A stretch of DNA of 64,000 nt from Hydrolagus colliei (taxonomy: Eukaryota). The notes under the pieces were generated by a model, which had not been told where the DNA came from, did not search any database, and worked only from the letters and a program-made list of their open reading frames with translations. Of the stretch, positions 12,951-25,260 are shown piece after piece; positions within the stretch are counted from its first letter, which is position 1; each line of letters starts with the position of its first letter. A program made the translations under genes and the position numbers. Location: the NCBI GenBank assembly GCA_035084275.1, contig CM068743.1, positions 85,746,001-85,810,000 of the forward strand, in the 5' to 3' direction.

Positions 12951-14390
12951 AATTTTTAATGTCTGGATGAGACATTATTAATTCAATATATGCATTTTTT
13001 GTATTTTAATGGCATATCCGTCAGCTCTGGCATGGTTGTTGTGTTCTTAGAATCCCAGGAAGATTCAACACAGACAAAAGGTATTGAGCCGTTATGCATC
13101 TGCTGGCTCTGTTTAATTTAGTCATTTGGTCTCATTTCCTTGTTTTCCCCAAGAAATATATTCTTGCATATTGATGCAACATGAAAAACAATGCATGCAG
13201 TAGACCAACAGCAATAAGCTACTCAACAAATGATAATATATCACATGTTCTGTAAAAGTACCTTAAAGTGGTGTTTTACAAGCATTACTGACACCGACAC
13301 TGATTTTAGTGTAGCAATTCTCTGCGGTGCACTGATGTTTCTCAGTAGACGTCCTCCTGAAGTGAAAGGCGCTATACAAGTGTAATTTTGTTGTTGTAGA
13401 CAACATGAGAAATGCAGAAATAAGTTTTAACCACCTGTCAGAATAACACAGGGATCTTCAATAATCATCTGGTGTGATCTACTTGTTCAAGGTGATCACC
13501 ATTGTAGCCTATTGCAGCCATTGAGATTCTTCTTATGCAAAACTTTGAATAGCAATTCTTTTGAATCAATTGATATGCACTCTGGATGGAGTGGAACAAC
13601 AGCCTCGATGTAAGATTACCACCATATACAGTGATTTTTGCCATGCATTGAGCTAGACAAATTAGGAAGAGGCTGGCACTGTAGGCGGAGTGAAGGCCCT
13701 GGATTGGGTGGAGGTTTGGATTGCGAAGAAGCCAGCATGCCTGCAGCATGTATGCAAAGAAAACATTAATCCAATGTGATATTGCCTTAGAAATGGATTA
13801 CTAATTGTCACATATTCCTGTCATGCCTCCATGCTGTTTTTACCATTTAGAAAACAATTAGCAAATGCTGAAAGATGTGATCTGACACAAGAACAGAATG
13901 TCCTTGAACTGTTCCTTCAATCCTATTAAACTGCAGGCTAAGAAGTAATGTTTCCTGCACAGCTTGAATATGAATTTATGTACTGATCATACCAGACTCT
14001 TTTTAAGGTTAGGCTAGGCACTGCCTAATATAAATCAAGTACAGTACTGTAAACATAGAGGCTATTCAATTTGGGTTGGCTTTTTTTTAATGTCCCTGGG
14101 CAAAAGACATGGAGAAAATGTTAGTCAGTACAATGCACACATTGCAGAATAAATATTCGTGCAGGGAAAGAAACATGGGACAGATATAGAAAATAGAAAA
14201 GAGATGTAGATTAAATATCACAATATTCAAAGTCAGTGAAGCTTTTGAAATTAAAAATTGGAAGATTTTTTGTCTCACAAGCAATAGACGTAGGCTAATT
14301 CCCATATGCCTTTGAAAAGCAAGAAAATAAGTTTTCTGTTGTACCATTAAATTTGTGTTCACACATTAAAAAACACTCCACTTCATAATA

Positions 14391-15130
14391 CAGTAGAACC
14401 TCGGTAAAGCAACCACCCACAGGACCACGACCAGGTGAGGTTAGTGAGGTGTCGATTCTGCTGGATGGAAGATTAAACTATTGGCTACCATCCATGCAGA
14501 GTTGGAGAGGCTGGGGAGGGAGGATACTCGAGACTGGGGAATGGGAATACTCGAGGCCGAGGGGAGGGGGATACTCGGAGGAGGTGTCTCGGGGCCAGGG
14601 AGTGGGGATACTTGAGGCCGGGGGGAGGGGGATACTCGGAAGAGGTGTCTTGGAGCCGGGGAGTGGGAATACTCAAGGCTGGGGGGGACGAGGGATACTC
14701 GGAGGAGGTGTCTCGGGGTCGGGGTGTGGGGATACTCAAGGCTGGGTGGGAGGGGTATACTCGGAGGAGGTCTCTTGGAGCCGGGGAGTTGGGATACTCG
14801 AGGCCAGCGGGGAGTGGGGATACTCGAGGCCAGCGGGGAGTGGGGATACTCAAGGCCAGCGGGGAGTGGGGATACTCAAGGCCAGGGGGGAGAGTGATAC
14901 TCGGAGGAGGAGTGGGGATACTCGAGGCTGGTGGGGAGGGGGCCGGATGCTCCGTTACCTGCAGCTTCTCTTTCTTTTTTTACTGTCTGACGAAACATGA
15001 CCTCTTCAAATCCGCGCAAGTGCACCATCTTGTCTCGGTGACGTCACGCCGTAGCCTGCCCGCTGCCCCCCCCCACTCCCCCACGTGCTTTTATTCCCTG
15101 ATCAGCCAGAGTGGTCGCATTAGGACCATG
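14391..15130. mobile_element. Probable Tigger/pogo-like non-autonomous element (one end only) containing a G-rich minisatellite
   Basis: Starts TA|CAGTAGAACCTCGGTAA, resembling the TIR of 36897-37759. No matching right TIR found; CR1 sequence follows at ~15140. Confidence 0.45.
14510..14935. repeat. G-rich minisatellite with alternating ~25 and ~33 bp units around core GGGGATACTCGAGGCC / GGATACTCGGAGGAGG
   Basis: More than a dozen recurrences of G(G/A)ATACT(C/T), read directly. Explains the repetitive ORFs at 14449-15133. Confidence 0.9.
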
Positions 15131-15139
15131 TAAATGTTG

Positions 15140-15780
15140 TTTGGGTTAATGTGGAGAAATGCGAAGTCTTGCATTTTGGTAGGAAGAATGAGGAGAGGTA
15201 GTATAGGCTAGATGGTACAAATTTTAAAGGGGTTAAATGAACAGAGAGACCTGGCGATCCATATAAATAAACCTCTGAAGGTAGCAGGATAGGTAGATAA
15301 AGCTGTTAAAAAAAGCATACGGGATACCAGGATTTAAAAATAGGGACATAGAATACAAAGGTCGTAGGTTATGATGAATATATAAAATACTGCTTAGCAC
15401 TAAGTTGGAGTACTGTGTTTACTTCTGGGCACCATATATTAGCAAAGATGTTGAGGCATTGGAGAGGGTACAAAGAAGATTTAACAGGATAGTTCTATGA
15501 ATGAAGGGCCTTAGTTATGATGAGACGTTATCAAAACTAGGATTATTCTCCCTAGAGCAGAGAAGATTAAGCAGAGATTTAATAGAGGTTTTCAAGATCA
15601 TGAGGGGAATTCATAGTTTGAACCAAGAAAAACTGTTTCCACTGGTATGTGAGTCACTAACCCCAAGGACACTGATTTAAGATAGTTGTTAAAAGAAACA
15701 GAAGTGAGGTTAAGAAAAAAAAATCACCCAGCGAGTTGTTCATATCTGGAATGCATTATCTGAAAGAGTATTGAAAGCAA
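15140..15780 (+). mobile_element. CR1 LINE, ORF2 C-terminal fragment
   Basis: Decayed KCEVLHFGRKN, LEYCV-FWAP, LERVQRRF and RRL-RDLIEVFKIM motifs. Confidence 0.9.
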
Positions 15781-16098
15781 TAACAACCTTTTATATGGTT
15801 TTAAACAATCCCCTACAATTTGGGGGAAATAGATTCTTAACTTCAGCTTGAAAATTAGACAGAACGAAATGCCTCTCATCTTACCATTTTCAAAATTGTC
15901 AACTTGTACCATTTTATTTTTGAAGTGGAAATTGTACTGTGAACTTCAAATTGGAAGAGGGTTTGGGAGCAGGAATAAGTTGCATTGGATTTAAACATTT
16001 AGCAGGGAAATCTCATTAAACTCGGGCTTCTTTAATATTACTCCACATAGAATGCTGACCAGAAATTTCAGCCAAATGGTCTGTACTAGATTAACTGG

Positions 16099-16365
16099 AA
16101 CAAAAACAGAAGTTGCTGGGAAAACTCAGCAGGTCAGGCAGCATCCATGGAGAAAGGAAAGTGAATCAACGTTTCGGGTCCACGACCCTTTGTCAGAACT
16201 GGAGGGAAACAGATAGTAGGGAGGGGGAGCAGGGTAGAATGGAGGAACGAAAGTCACGTCGAAGGGAAGAGCAGAACTTCTTCATGGTAGGCATTCCTAG
16301 AAGAGAAGTGGCAATGATTCAAACATAAACAAAACACAAAATACTACAGATGCTGGAAATCTGAA
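16099..16365 (-). mobile_element. Penelope-like terminal-repeat monomer with hammerhead relic, flanked by a 14-bp diverged direct repeat
   Basis: Flanks ACTAGATTAACTGG (16085-16098) and ACTAGGTTAGCTGG (16366-16379). Interior matches recalled chondrichthyan Penelope-like repeats (CTCAGCAGGTCAGGCAGCATC...AACGTTTCGGGTC). Confidence 0.65.
16163..16201 (-). ncRNA. Degenerate minimal type I hammerhead ribozyme
   Basis: Minus strand reads CAGTT-CTGACAA-A-GGGTC-GTG-GACCC-GAAAC-GTT-GATTC: CUGANGA box with G8 changed to A, perfect 5-bp stem II, GAAAC, NUH triplet GUU, weak stem I. Confidence 0.6.
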
Positions 16366-16990
16366 ACTAGGTTAGCTGGTATTTGCTGATGTGTCAGCCA
16401 ATAGGCTAAAATGCTACAATGCTTTTTGTCTGGGAAGGGGAGGACATCAGCCAGGATTGTGCTTCAGGCTTCTACTGATTACTCTACCCCACCCACTCCC
16501 AAAATGATTTGTGGGTCAAGTAATGTTAGAATTAGGCTTAGCAGCAATCCTTAAATGATTGAATAGCTTTAATAACCTTTTCAGGTGCAAATATTCTTAT
16601 ATTCTTAGCATACAGGCAGCATATTAGTCACTGTCACTCCTGATGATTATCTGTGAAAAAATATACTTAAATATTTTTCACTGAAGTAAACTAAACTTAA
16701 TCATATGGAATATTTGGTATGATTGATTTTAATATTCTAATCAATCTTGAAATTCAGAACTCTTTATTTAAAATTTATTATAATGTAATTCCTAGTAAAT
16801 AATCTGTTTCATAATCCACGATGTAACGTGATTTGATATTATTTTTTATGAATCCACATAATTGTGATATATATCTGTAAAATGCAATTTGTAAGGATGA
16901 GGTTTCATTCTCTGCGACATCCTGTGACTGCACTTCTGTGGTCATTCCCTCAGCTCCACAAATTCTGCCTCGCTTCATGCAGGAAGATAA

Positions 16991-17415
16991 CAATAATAAT
17001 CCTTCCATTTGATATAGCGCCTTATCACAAGTTTTAGACATCTCTCAGCACTTTACAGAATATACTGTCGTAAATTGACTGTATATTTGTGTGAGAAACG
17101 CAGCAGCCAATTGCACACACCAATGTCCCACAAACAGTTGTGGATCGCCCGCAAATATACAGTCAATTCACTTTACAGTATATTCTGTGAAGCACTTTGA
17201 GACGTCTAGAAGATGTGAAAAGCATTATATCAAATGCAAGGATTATTTATTAATATTTATTGAAGTGAACAATTTATTATTGTATGTTTTTGGAGGGATT
17301 ATTATCAGGAATGTGAAGTCAGGAAACATGCCCAAGGTTTCACCCTGACTAGCTGGGAATTGAACCTAGGTTTCTTGCTAGGCGGGTGCTCTAACTACTG
17401 AGCCAGAAGACTCCA
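16991..17415 (-). mobile_element. tRNA-derived SINE with an antisense SINE 3' fragment nested at ~17146-17258
   Basis: The minus copy is broken at TGGAT|TGAA by a plus-orientation tail fragment of the same family. Confidence 0.85.
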
Positions 17416-19822
17416 CAAGATAAGGGGCAATGCTCTGATACACTTCATGCCGAGCTGCATTGCCCACCAGGAAGATCACAGGGAATTCCTGGTACCTGCC
17501 ATCCACCTAGTGGTGGCTCAAACTCTTGCTGGTTGGATTTCAAATGACCATCTTGAAGGCTTGGGGATGCACAGCAAGGCCTGTGTTATCTGAGCAACAT
17601 GGGAATGCAGAGGAGTAAGTTATAAGCAGGTGGGAGAGGTAAGGAGGTGACACGGCTTGAAGGGATAGCATATGTTTACCCAGAATATTAGAGCACGAAA
17701 AAGGCTTTCGACCCAACTAGTCCTTGACAGTGTATAATCAACATGAGCCTTCACAGCCCCCTCCTAATCATCTCTCACACTCTTCCATTCCCTTCTCAAA
17801 ATTAGCAGATTAATATTTTATTACATTATAATGGCCATGATCTCCAAATCAAATAAAATATAAAAAATTATAAATTCTAATAACAAAAGTTTTTATTTTT
17901 ACAATGTGTTAAACTTTCAATAGATTAAAATTATTTGGGTCTAATAACTTTTCATCCTTATGTGCCACCCAGCTATACCCATTTTTTGTTCTATATGGCT
18001 TTGTTTTCCAATAATGGGTGAATTGTTCTTAATTAAAAATCTGAACGCCCAGCTGTTACCAGCAAGCCACAAAAAAGTCATCTTTAATCAGAAGACAATG
18101 CTATTCTTCAATATTTCTTCAAGTCTAAAATATATACATTCGTCGATATATCAGACACTGAATATGCTACGATTTAAAATAAAAGATTCTAAAGTCAAAG
18201 ATTTAAAATGAATTTAAATTAAAAAACTAACCTTAAAATTTAATCATTCACTCTTCTAATAACACTGTTGTTAAAATATCTTTCACGTTAGCATCATTGA
18301 TCAAAAACTAATCTGCATTATATTATATGACAATTTGCCTCTTTAATTTGTAGGTTTCTTTTCTTCAATTTGTTTTTAACCAAGGTCTAGATTCATGCAA
18401 AAGCCTTTGGTGAATTCTGTTTTAGTTTGTTTATAACACATATTGTAAAAATATGGAACAAGTTTGAATTATGTCCCCACATCATCTCCGCTCAAAGTCA
18501 TGTCAAGAATTACACATGGTCCTTGCTTCTATCCCACACAAAAATGTTGCCAAATCCTTCTTTATGAAGACAGTGTGCTTTTAATCAGGGATTGCACGGA
18601 TGGCCTCAGTATTTGCACTAGTATCACTCCTGAGCATTTGAGTAAATCTGTGTTCCTGAATAATTTAATTTTAATCTGCCATCTTCGAGCCATCTCCTGT
18701 GAACAGCAGAAATGTTTCCAATGTTGCTTCCCTGAGTCACCTCCTATTTCAAACAACTCAGTGCTCATCAACCTGATCTCCAGCGTTCTCCTGTGAGCAC
18801 CCTTACTGACATCAATACAGCATTTGACTTGAATGAAAAATTGTTCCTTCAGCATAGGACAAATCTCCAGCTCATCGTCAATTATAACTCTCAATTACCC
18901 AATACTAAAAGATTGGTAAAAAATCAATGATGTTAAGTTGAACACATTGAGTTTGTCATAAATTTCAACGATAACATCTTTGTGGCTTTGGGAAGCTTGT
19001 CATCTACTACTGTAGAGAGTTACGCAATTACTGTTTCAATCAATATAGATTGGACAAGGCTTGTTTATATTGCCTCAAATTTTCTATAAAACATGTAGAT
19101 GTCACTTGTAAATGTGATGAAGTACAGCTTACATAGTTAACCACAACATATTTTACAAGATAATTGAAGGTCTCTCATTCTAAATATCAATAACTGCACT
19201 TCAGATGCACTTCAAATGTATCCGAATTGGAAAAAGCACACAATTTAATATAAAGCATTGGTTGATGTCTCTGGTAAAATGTGTGCAGTAGAGTGCAGTA
19301 AACATTAAAACAATCACGAGATATGTTAATAACAATGAAGCAATGATTTTTAACTCACATACTTTCTTATATTACACAGGGTAAGCTTTCTGAAGAATTA
19401 TTAAAATCAAATGCAACATAAGCAGCATAGCCATTGCAGACGTACAGTCACTGCTAAATCGAGGTCATTGTATAATTTTGAAGGTTTAGCTGGAGGGTAT
19501 GTCACTTGGGTATAGATGTGTATAAAAAATCGAAATCATTTGCTCTGTTGTAATCTCTCAAACACTTCTCTATCATGATGCCCTTGAAGTGCAGTCACTA
19601 CAAGTGTAGCAAACATCCCCTAAACTGTCAACAGACCATAGAATTTGAGATGAATAGAAATTACTCATGCTCCAAGAAAGATGTCAAAATAGGATAATTT
19701 TTCTTGTTTTTTACTGCAAGATGATATATAAAAGATAGTGAGAAATAAGAGATACCAGTGTTATTAATTACCAGCAATTAAATAAATGGAGGCAGCCAAA
19801 TAGGGTTCTAATTAGAGAAAGT

Positions 19823-20150
19823 CAACAACAACAAAATTACACTTATATAGTGCCTTTCACATTAGGAGAATGTCCCGAGGTGCTGGACAGTCACTGTTTC
19901 AGACCCGAGCTGGGGGCGGGAAATGGGGGGGGGAACGGAGGACGGGGTGGAAGACGGGAGGGGGGGATTAGGAGCTGCTGATGGGTCCATTGAAGAGGAG
20001 AGTCTTGAGGCGAGACTTGAAAGAGGCCAGGGAGGGGTGAGGCGGAGGGACTGCGGGATGGAGTTCCAGAGGTTGGGGGCAGAGTGGCTAAAGGGCCGCC
20101 CGCCAACGGTGGGGCAGGTGGGTTGGGGAACGTGGAGCAAGCGGGCAGGT
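19823..20150 (-). mobile_element. L2 LINE, 3' end (CpG-retaining)
   Basis: PTVGGRPFSHSAPNLWNSIPQSLR plus L2 tail. Confidence 0.9.
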
Positions 20151-22110
20151 TAAAAAAATTTAAGACATTCTGCACAACACAATATTTCAATATATAGTTA
20201 TTGTTGAGACAAGTCCACAACTACAGAAGCTTGCACATATATAATAATGCCTTTCATTTAAGGTGAAGATTCAAAAAGCACTTTATACATGTTATGTGTG
20301 TGTCAGCCGAGCTCCGTGGTAACACACTCACTTTTGAGTCATAAGATTGTGGGTTCAAATTCCACGGGGTGGAAACGCATAACAAGCCAGAGTTTGTGAG
20401 CAAAGAAGGTGACGAGAAGCATAATGGGCTGTGAAGAGCACACAATTTATAGTGACCACTTAAAAAAAGGACAATAAAAATTTAGAGTTAAAAATCTCTT
20501 CTAGTGTTTGGGAATTAAAAACTGGCCCTTGCTAAATTGACTGTAAGAAGCTAGAGAGAGAGAAATAAGCCATTCTTCTGATGTCATGGGAGTGTTCAGT
20601 CAATAAGAGCAGTTTCCAGTTGATAAAGTGTCCCTTAGTTAGCTCCGGTGATAATTCAGGAAAGAAATGGGTTTTGGAGTACTGCAATTGTGACCCTTAT
20701 GTAATTTAATGGGAATGGGAAGGATTCAAAATTACAGATTCAGACATATTAAACTTTCAAGTTATAAATCTATTTTTCTACCTAGTACAGCATCTTTTTT
20801 CTTGCACAGTGAATTTTATGACAGCCTAACCATTCTTCCTAAATGATTATTATTAGCAGCTTGCCAATATTTCAGTATTCTCACACAATCAAGTGTTCGG
20901 CTTCCTGTTCAGTTTGACTACTTCACATTATTTCTAATTGATCCCTGTGGGTGATAAACAACCATCCATTATTGTGACTGACTGTTCAAATGACTATTGT
21001 TCTTTTCAAATGATTTAGAATGAGGGAATAATCCCACCCTAGATTATTTAAAATCAACGGTCTTTAGTTCTGCATAGATTAAAGTTGCAAGCATTTTCTG
21101 TTTGTTTCACAAGCAGATGCAACGACAACTATTCCCCCTTTTGTTGTGTCTTTCACATACAATGAACGTCTCAAAGAGCTTATAGCCAAAGGAATAAGTG
21201 AAAGGGGATATGAACAGAATGTCAGAGCTAAACCCAGGTGGATTAGTGTACAATTAGAGTTTGGGTGTGAAGTAGGATTCACCAACTGGACTCCCAAGAT
21301 TGTGAACGTCCTTATGCTTGAACTAGGGGGAACCATTCCCAATTTTTGGTTCTGTAAATTAGGAGTGAAGAATAAATCTTTAACTCCATTTTCTGGTCAT
21401 TATATCGATTCCTTAACTAAGCAACAGTTAAGAATCCAGCAGGTGATAACTATCACATGTGTTGCATTTTCATCCCCCAACACTATTAGCAATTCATTCG
21501 GTTTATTGGGCTAATTCTTGACATTTGAATGTGGTCAATTAAATTTGATGGACATTACAATAAAATTTTATTATATTATGTTTGCTCTTCATCCCCAGAG
21601 GATGGTGCATTCACTAATAATAAAATATATGGATGTGCTGTCAAAAAACTGCATTTTAGAAGCAGTGAAAATTTTGTGTGCAAAGAAGAACAAAGAGGAA
21701 AATATATCATCTAAAGAATTGCAATGTACGGTGGGAATCATTATATGCCCAAGCATATTCTGTTCCTTAATTATTATTGCTACTTAATTAAGGAGCCCAG
21801 GAGGAATTTCTTCAAGCAGAGGGTTGTGAAACAAGGACAGAAGCTTATACTGTACTTGATTGTGACAGTTGATTGACTGGACAGAAAATGCCTTTCATGA
21901 CAAATTTGGATATAAGCAAACTTCCTCGCAGCCTCCCCCACCGACAGCTGAACTTTTTTAACTCAGGGTCTTATAGCTTCAATATCAACTGAATTTTTTT
22001 TTAATTTAGCAAGTGAGAAACAAGACCCTGCATACGACAAAACAGTTGAGTCCGAAATGGTGACAGGTGACGGGAGTCTTTGAAAAATATGGGATAAACT
22101 ATTCTCCAGA

Positions 22111-22340
22111 ACAATTTGCATTATATAATTCGCACATAGAATAGTGCCTCAGAGTTCTTTATAGTGGCGAGCAGGGAGAGAGAGAGATGGTGACCATAGG
22201 CACTGTGAAAGAGGAAGATCTTCAGGTGTGATCTGTGATGTTTCAAGAATGGGCAAGGTGAAGGGATGGAGGCAGAAAGTTCTGGGGTGTCAGGGCATAG
22301 GGGCTGAAGACATGGCTGCCAATGGTGAAGCAACGAGGAC
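22111..22340 (-). mobile_element. Old L2 3' fragment
   Basis: Degenerate similarity to the other L2 ends (LKIFLF, reverse-complemented tail). Confidence 0.6.
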
Positions 22341-24114
22341 GAGAGGCCTGTATTTTTTGGGTCGGGGGCGATGGGTTCTGATGATGGGTTTCAATCCCAA
22401 ACCAATTAGTTGCCAAGAACAAGTTTTAAAGACCTGTTTCAACTACAATTTTTGGCCAGTACCATAATGATTTTCATAATTAAGAAGTGATCATGATTAA
22501 TGAATGCTTAGGAATGCCATTATTTTTTCATCCAAGAAGAATGAAAGAATAATGAATGACATGTAAAATAAATTTTAACAAAACATAGAGTCAATCAAAT
22601 CGATGTGGAAGCTTTAATCACAATGCGATGCCAAGCACAATGACAATGTGGTTCACAAGATTAGCTAGTGGCGATGAAGACATAACAGATAAATAAGAGT
22701 TAAGCATGAAGTGCCTGAGACAGAGATGTAAAATCTGCTGAGGTTTGAAAGGAACAGCTGCAAACACTTTTCAGCACACTGCAGTAATGAGGTCAAGGTG
22801 AAAAGCATGAGCCGAATGGTCTGTTTCTATGCAAAAGGCTGTTTGGAAGGATGCTCAAGCAGTGGAGCGCTCACATTATGTTGCAGCACATAGATAACCA
22901 CTTCCACAGACAAGATGGAAAGATGAGAGATTGCAGCTGCCTTCACAAGGTGGCAATTTGACACCAGCTTTGTGTTTGCCAAATAGAGTCTGATACCATC
23001 TCAGTGATCTTAATAGCTAGAACAACCCTCATTGTTTCTTTCATGTGACTCAGGTCATCTTGACAATTTATAATATATAATACACATTTTATGTAAATTT
23101 AGGCTTTGAAAAAAACTTGACTGGAATCGAAATATGCAAAGGTTTCCCAAGTGACACAAAATTAAATGAGATATTGCATCATTCAGTTATTTTTAAGAAA
23201 AAACTATATTGGAATACAATTTGTGGTATGCCACAATGGATTCCTATGCTACTTAAGACAATGAGCCTCCAAAGCAATATCTGATACCAACTTAGTCTCA
23301 GTGTTATGATTATTCACTTACCTGAGATATCTGCGCCCTTATAGGTGGATTCAAGAGAAATTCCAATCTTTGCACTCTTTCTGTAGGTTTAGCCAGCACA
23401 ACTAGGGCCCATATATTCTGAGACCTGAAATTCCATCTAATGTTTGCTTGGAGTTTAGCGTTCTGAGTCACTATTCTGCGTAAATGAAGTCTGATAAATG
23501 CAAGTTGTTGTTGTATGAATATCGTCCTTTGTTGATAAGGGCACTGTGGAGCTAAGCTAGCAGCAAGGGCTATATGCTTAGCTGAATATCCTCCCGCAGT
23601 ACCCCATTGCACACTTGGGTTGGCAAGCCTTGGCTCTCATCAAGCTGTGCTGTCTGGAATCAGATAAGCAGGGTGTGTCCATCCAAGGAGAGAGTGTGAA
23701 TTCCATTTCAGAAACAGAGACATATCTAGGTCTAGGCGGCATCCATATGTGGAACTTTCAGGCTGTTTTGGATACTCTTAAGCTTGATAATATTTTACTA
23801 AAATCTAGGATCACACAGAATTTGGAAAAATGTTAAATTTTGTGTATATTTGGAAGGTTATATTCTCCAGTTATTTAAAAACAATTAACTTCAAATTAAG
23901 ACGGAATGTAAGAATTTTCCACAATTCTGCATGATCCTAAATTTGGGATCAGATCGCCCCACAGAATGAAACCATATGGATTTTCACCTCCTGCGTTTTT
24001 GTCTGCTGGGCTAACAACCCAATGTGTAGGAGTGCAGGGATCAGAGACCGTGAACTGTGCTTTCATTACTCATGCAAGTACCTGTATACACTCTTAACAT
24101 TGATGCTAAATAGT

Positions 24115-24520
24115 TAACAAAATTATATTTATAGAGCGCCTTTCACATTGGGAGGACGTACCAAGGTGCTGAACAATGAGTTCAGATTCCGGGCAAGGGA
24201 GAGGGGCAGGGCAGGGGGAAGGGGCAGAAGAGACTTAGGAGGGGAGGGAGAGAGTTGGGAGGACAGCAGAAGGCACAGTTGAAGAGGAGGGTCTTGAGGC
24301 TGGCCTTGAAGGAGTTGAGGAAAGGAGTAAAACAGGATAGAGTTCCATTCTTAGATGGAGTGTGGGAGCAGAGAGGCTGAAAGCCCATCCGCTGATGGTA
24401 GGGCGGGGGACATGGAGCAGGCTGGAGCCCACTGAACGGAGGGGGCGGGGAGATCATAGGGGGACAGCAGGTCAGAGAGGTGGGGGTGTGTGGGGCAAAG
24501 CTGTGAATGGCCTTGAAGGT
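24115..24520 (-). mobile_element. L2 LINE, 3' end
   Basis: RPTISGWAFSLSAPTL and SFKASLKTLLF, plus L2 tail. Confidence 0.9.
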
Positions 24521-24625
24521 AAGTAAATAGATCCAAGTAAATAAATAGTCTTAACCTTGATGCCAAATAGGATAGTAAATAGTCTTAATATTGACACTAA
24601 AGAATCTTAACACTGATGCTAAGTA

Positions 24626-25260
24626 GGAACATAGGAATTAGGAGCAGGTATAGGCCATTCGGCTCTTCAAGCCTGCCCCGCCATTCAATAAAATCATGGC
24701 TGATCTTTTAATCTGACTCCATCCGCCCGCCTTATCCCCGTATCTCTTAATCCCCCTATCCATTAGAAATCTATCAATCAGTCTTGAATATGTTCAAGGA
24801 TTGAGCATCTACAGCTTTTTGGGGTAGAGAATTCCATAAATTCACTACCCTCTGAGTGAAGAAGTGTTTCCTCAACTCTGTTTGAAAAGGCTGCCCCTCA
24901 ATCTTACGACTGTGATCCCTAGTAATAAATTCTCCTACCAGGGGAAACAGTTTCCCACTATGTACTCCGTCATGCCCCTTAGGAATCTTGCAAGGTTTCT
25001 ATAAGATCACCTCTAATTCTTCTATATTCTAGAAAATGTAGGCCTAGTTTGTTCAACCTATCCTCATAGGTCAACTCCCTCATCCCAGGAACCAACCTAG
25101 TGAATCTACACTGCACCCCGTCTAAGGCAAGCACATCCTTTCTTAAATAAGGAGACCAAAACTGCACCAATATTCTGAAGTCTCACCATGGCCCTAAACA
25201 GCAAGACTTCCCTACTCTTGTATTCTAACCCTTTTGCAATGAATGCCAACATGCCATTGA
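24626..25260 (-). mobile_element. CR1 LINE, 3' end
   Basis: ORF VQFWSPYLRKDVLALDGVQCRFTRLVPGMRELTYEDRLNKLGL...RIRGDLIET; 3' UTR with CCGAATGGCCT and TTCCTATGTT tail. Confidence 0.92.

Noticed and set aside
14449-15133. Repetitive Gly/Arg-rich ORFs, and a possible CRISPR-like repeat-spacer look
   Set aside because: The inter-core sequences are themselves repeated, so it is a minisatellite. The context is eukaryotic with no cas genes.
17900-19340. Possible decayed THAP or other transposase (ORFs 18464-18894; minus-strand LYCTHF near 19270-19293)
   Set aside because: Spacing is CxHF rather than the THAP CxxHF; no TIRs or other motifs recognised.
21079-21787. Cluster of 60-120 aa ORFs
   Set aside because: No recognisable homology or splice-consistent structure; lengths are compatible with chance.
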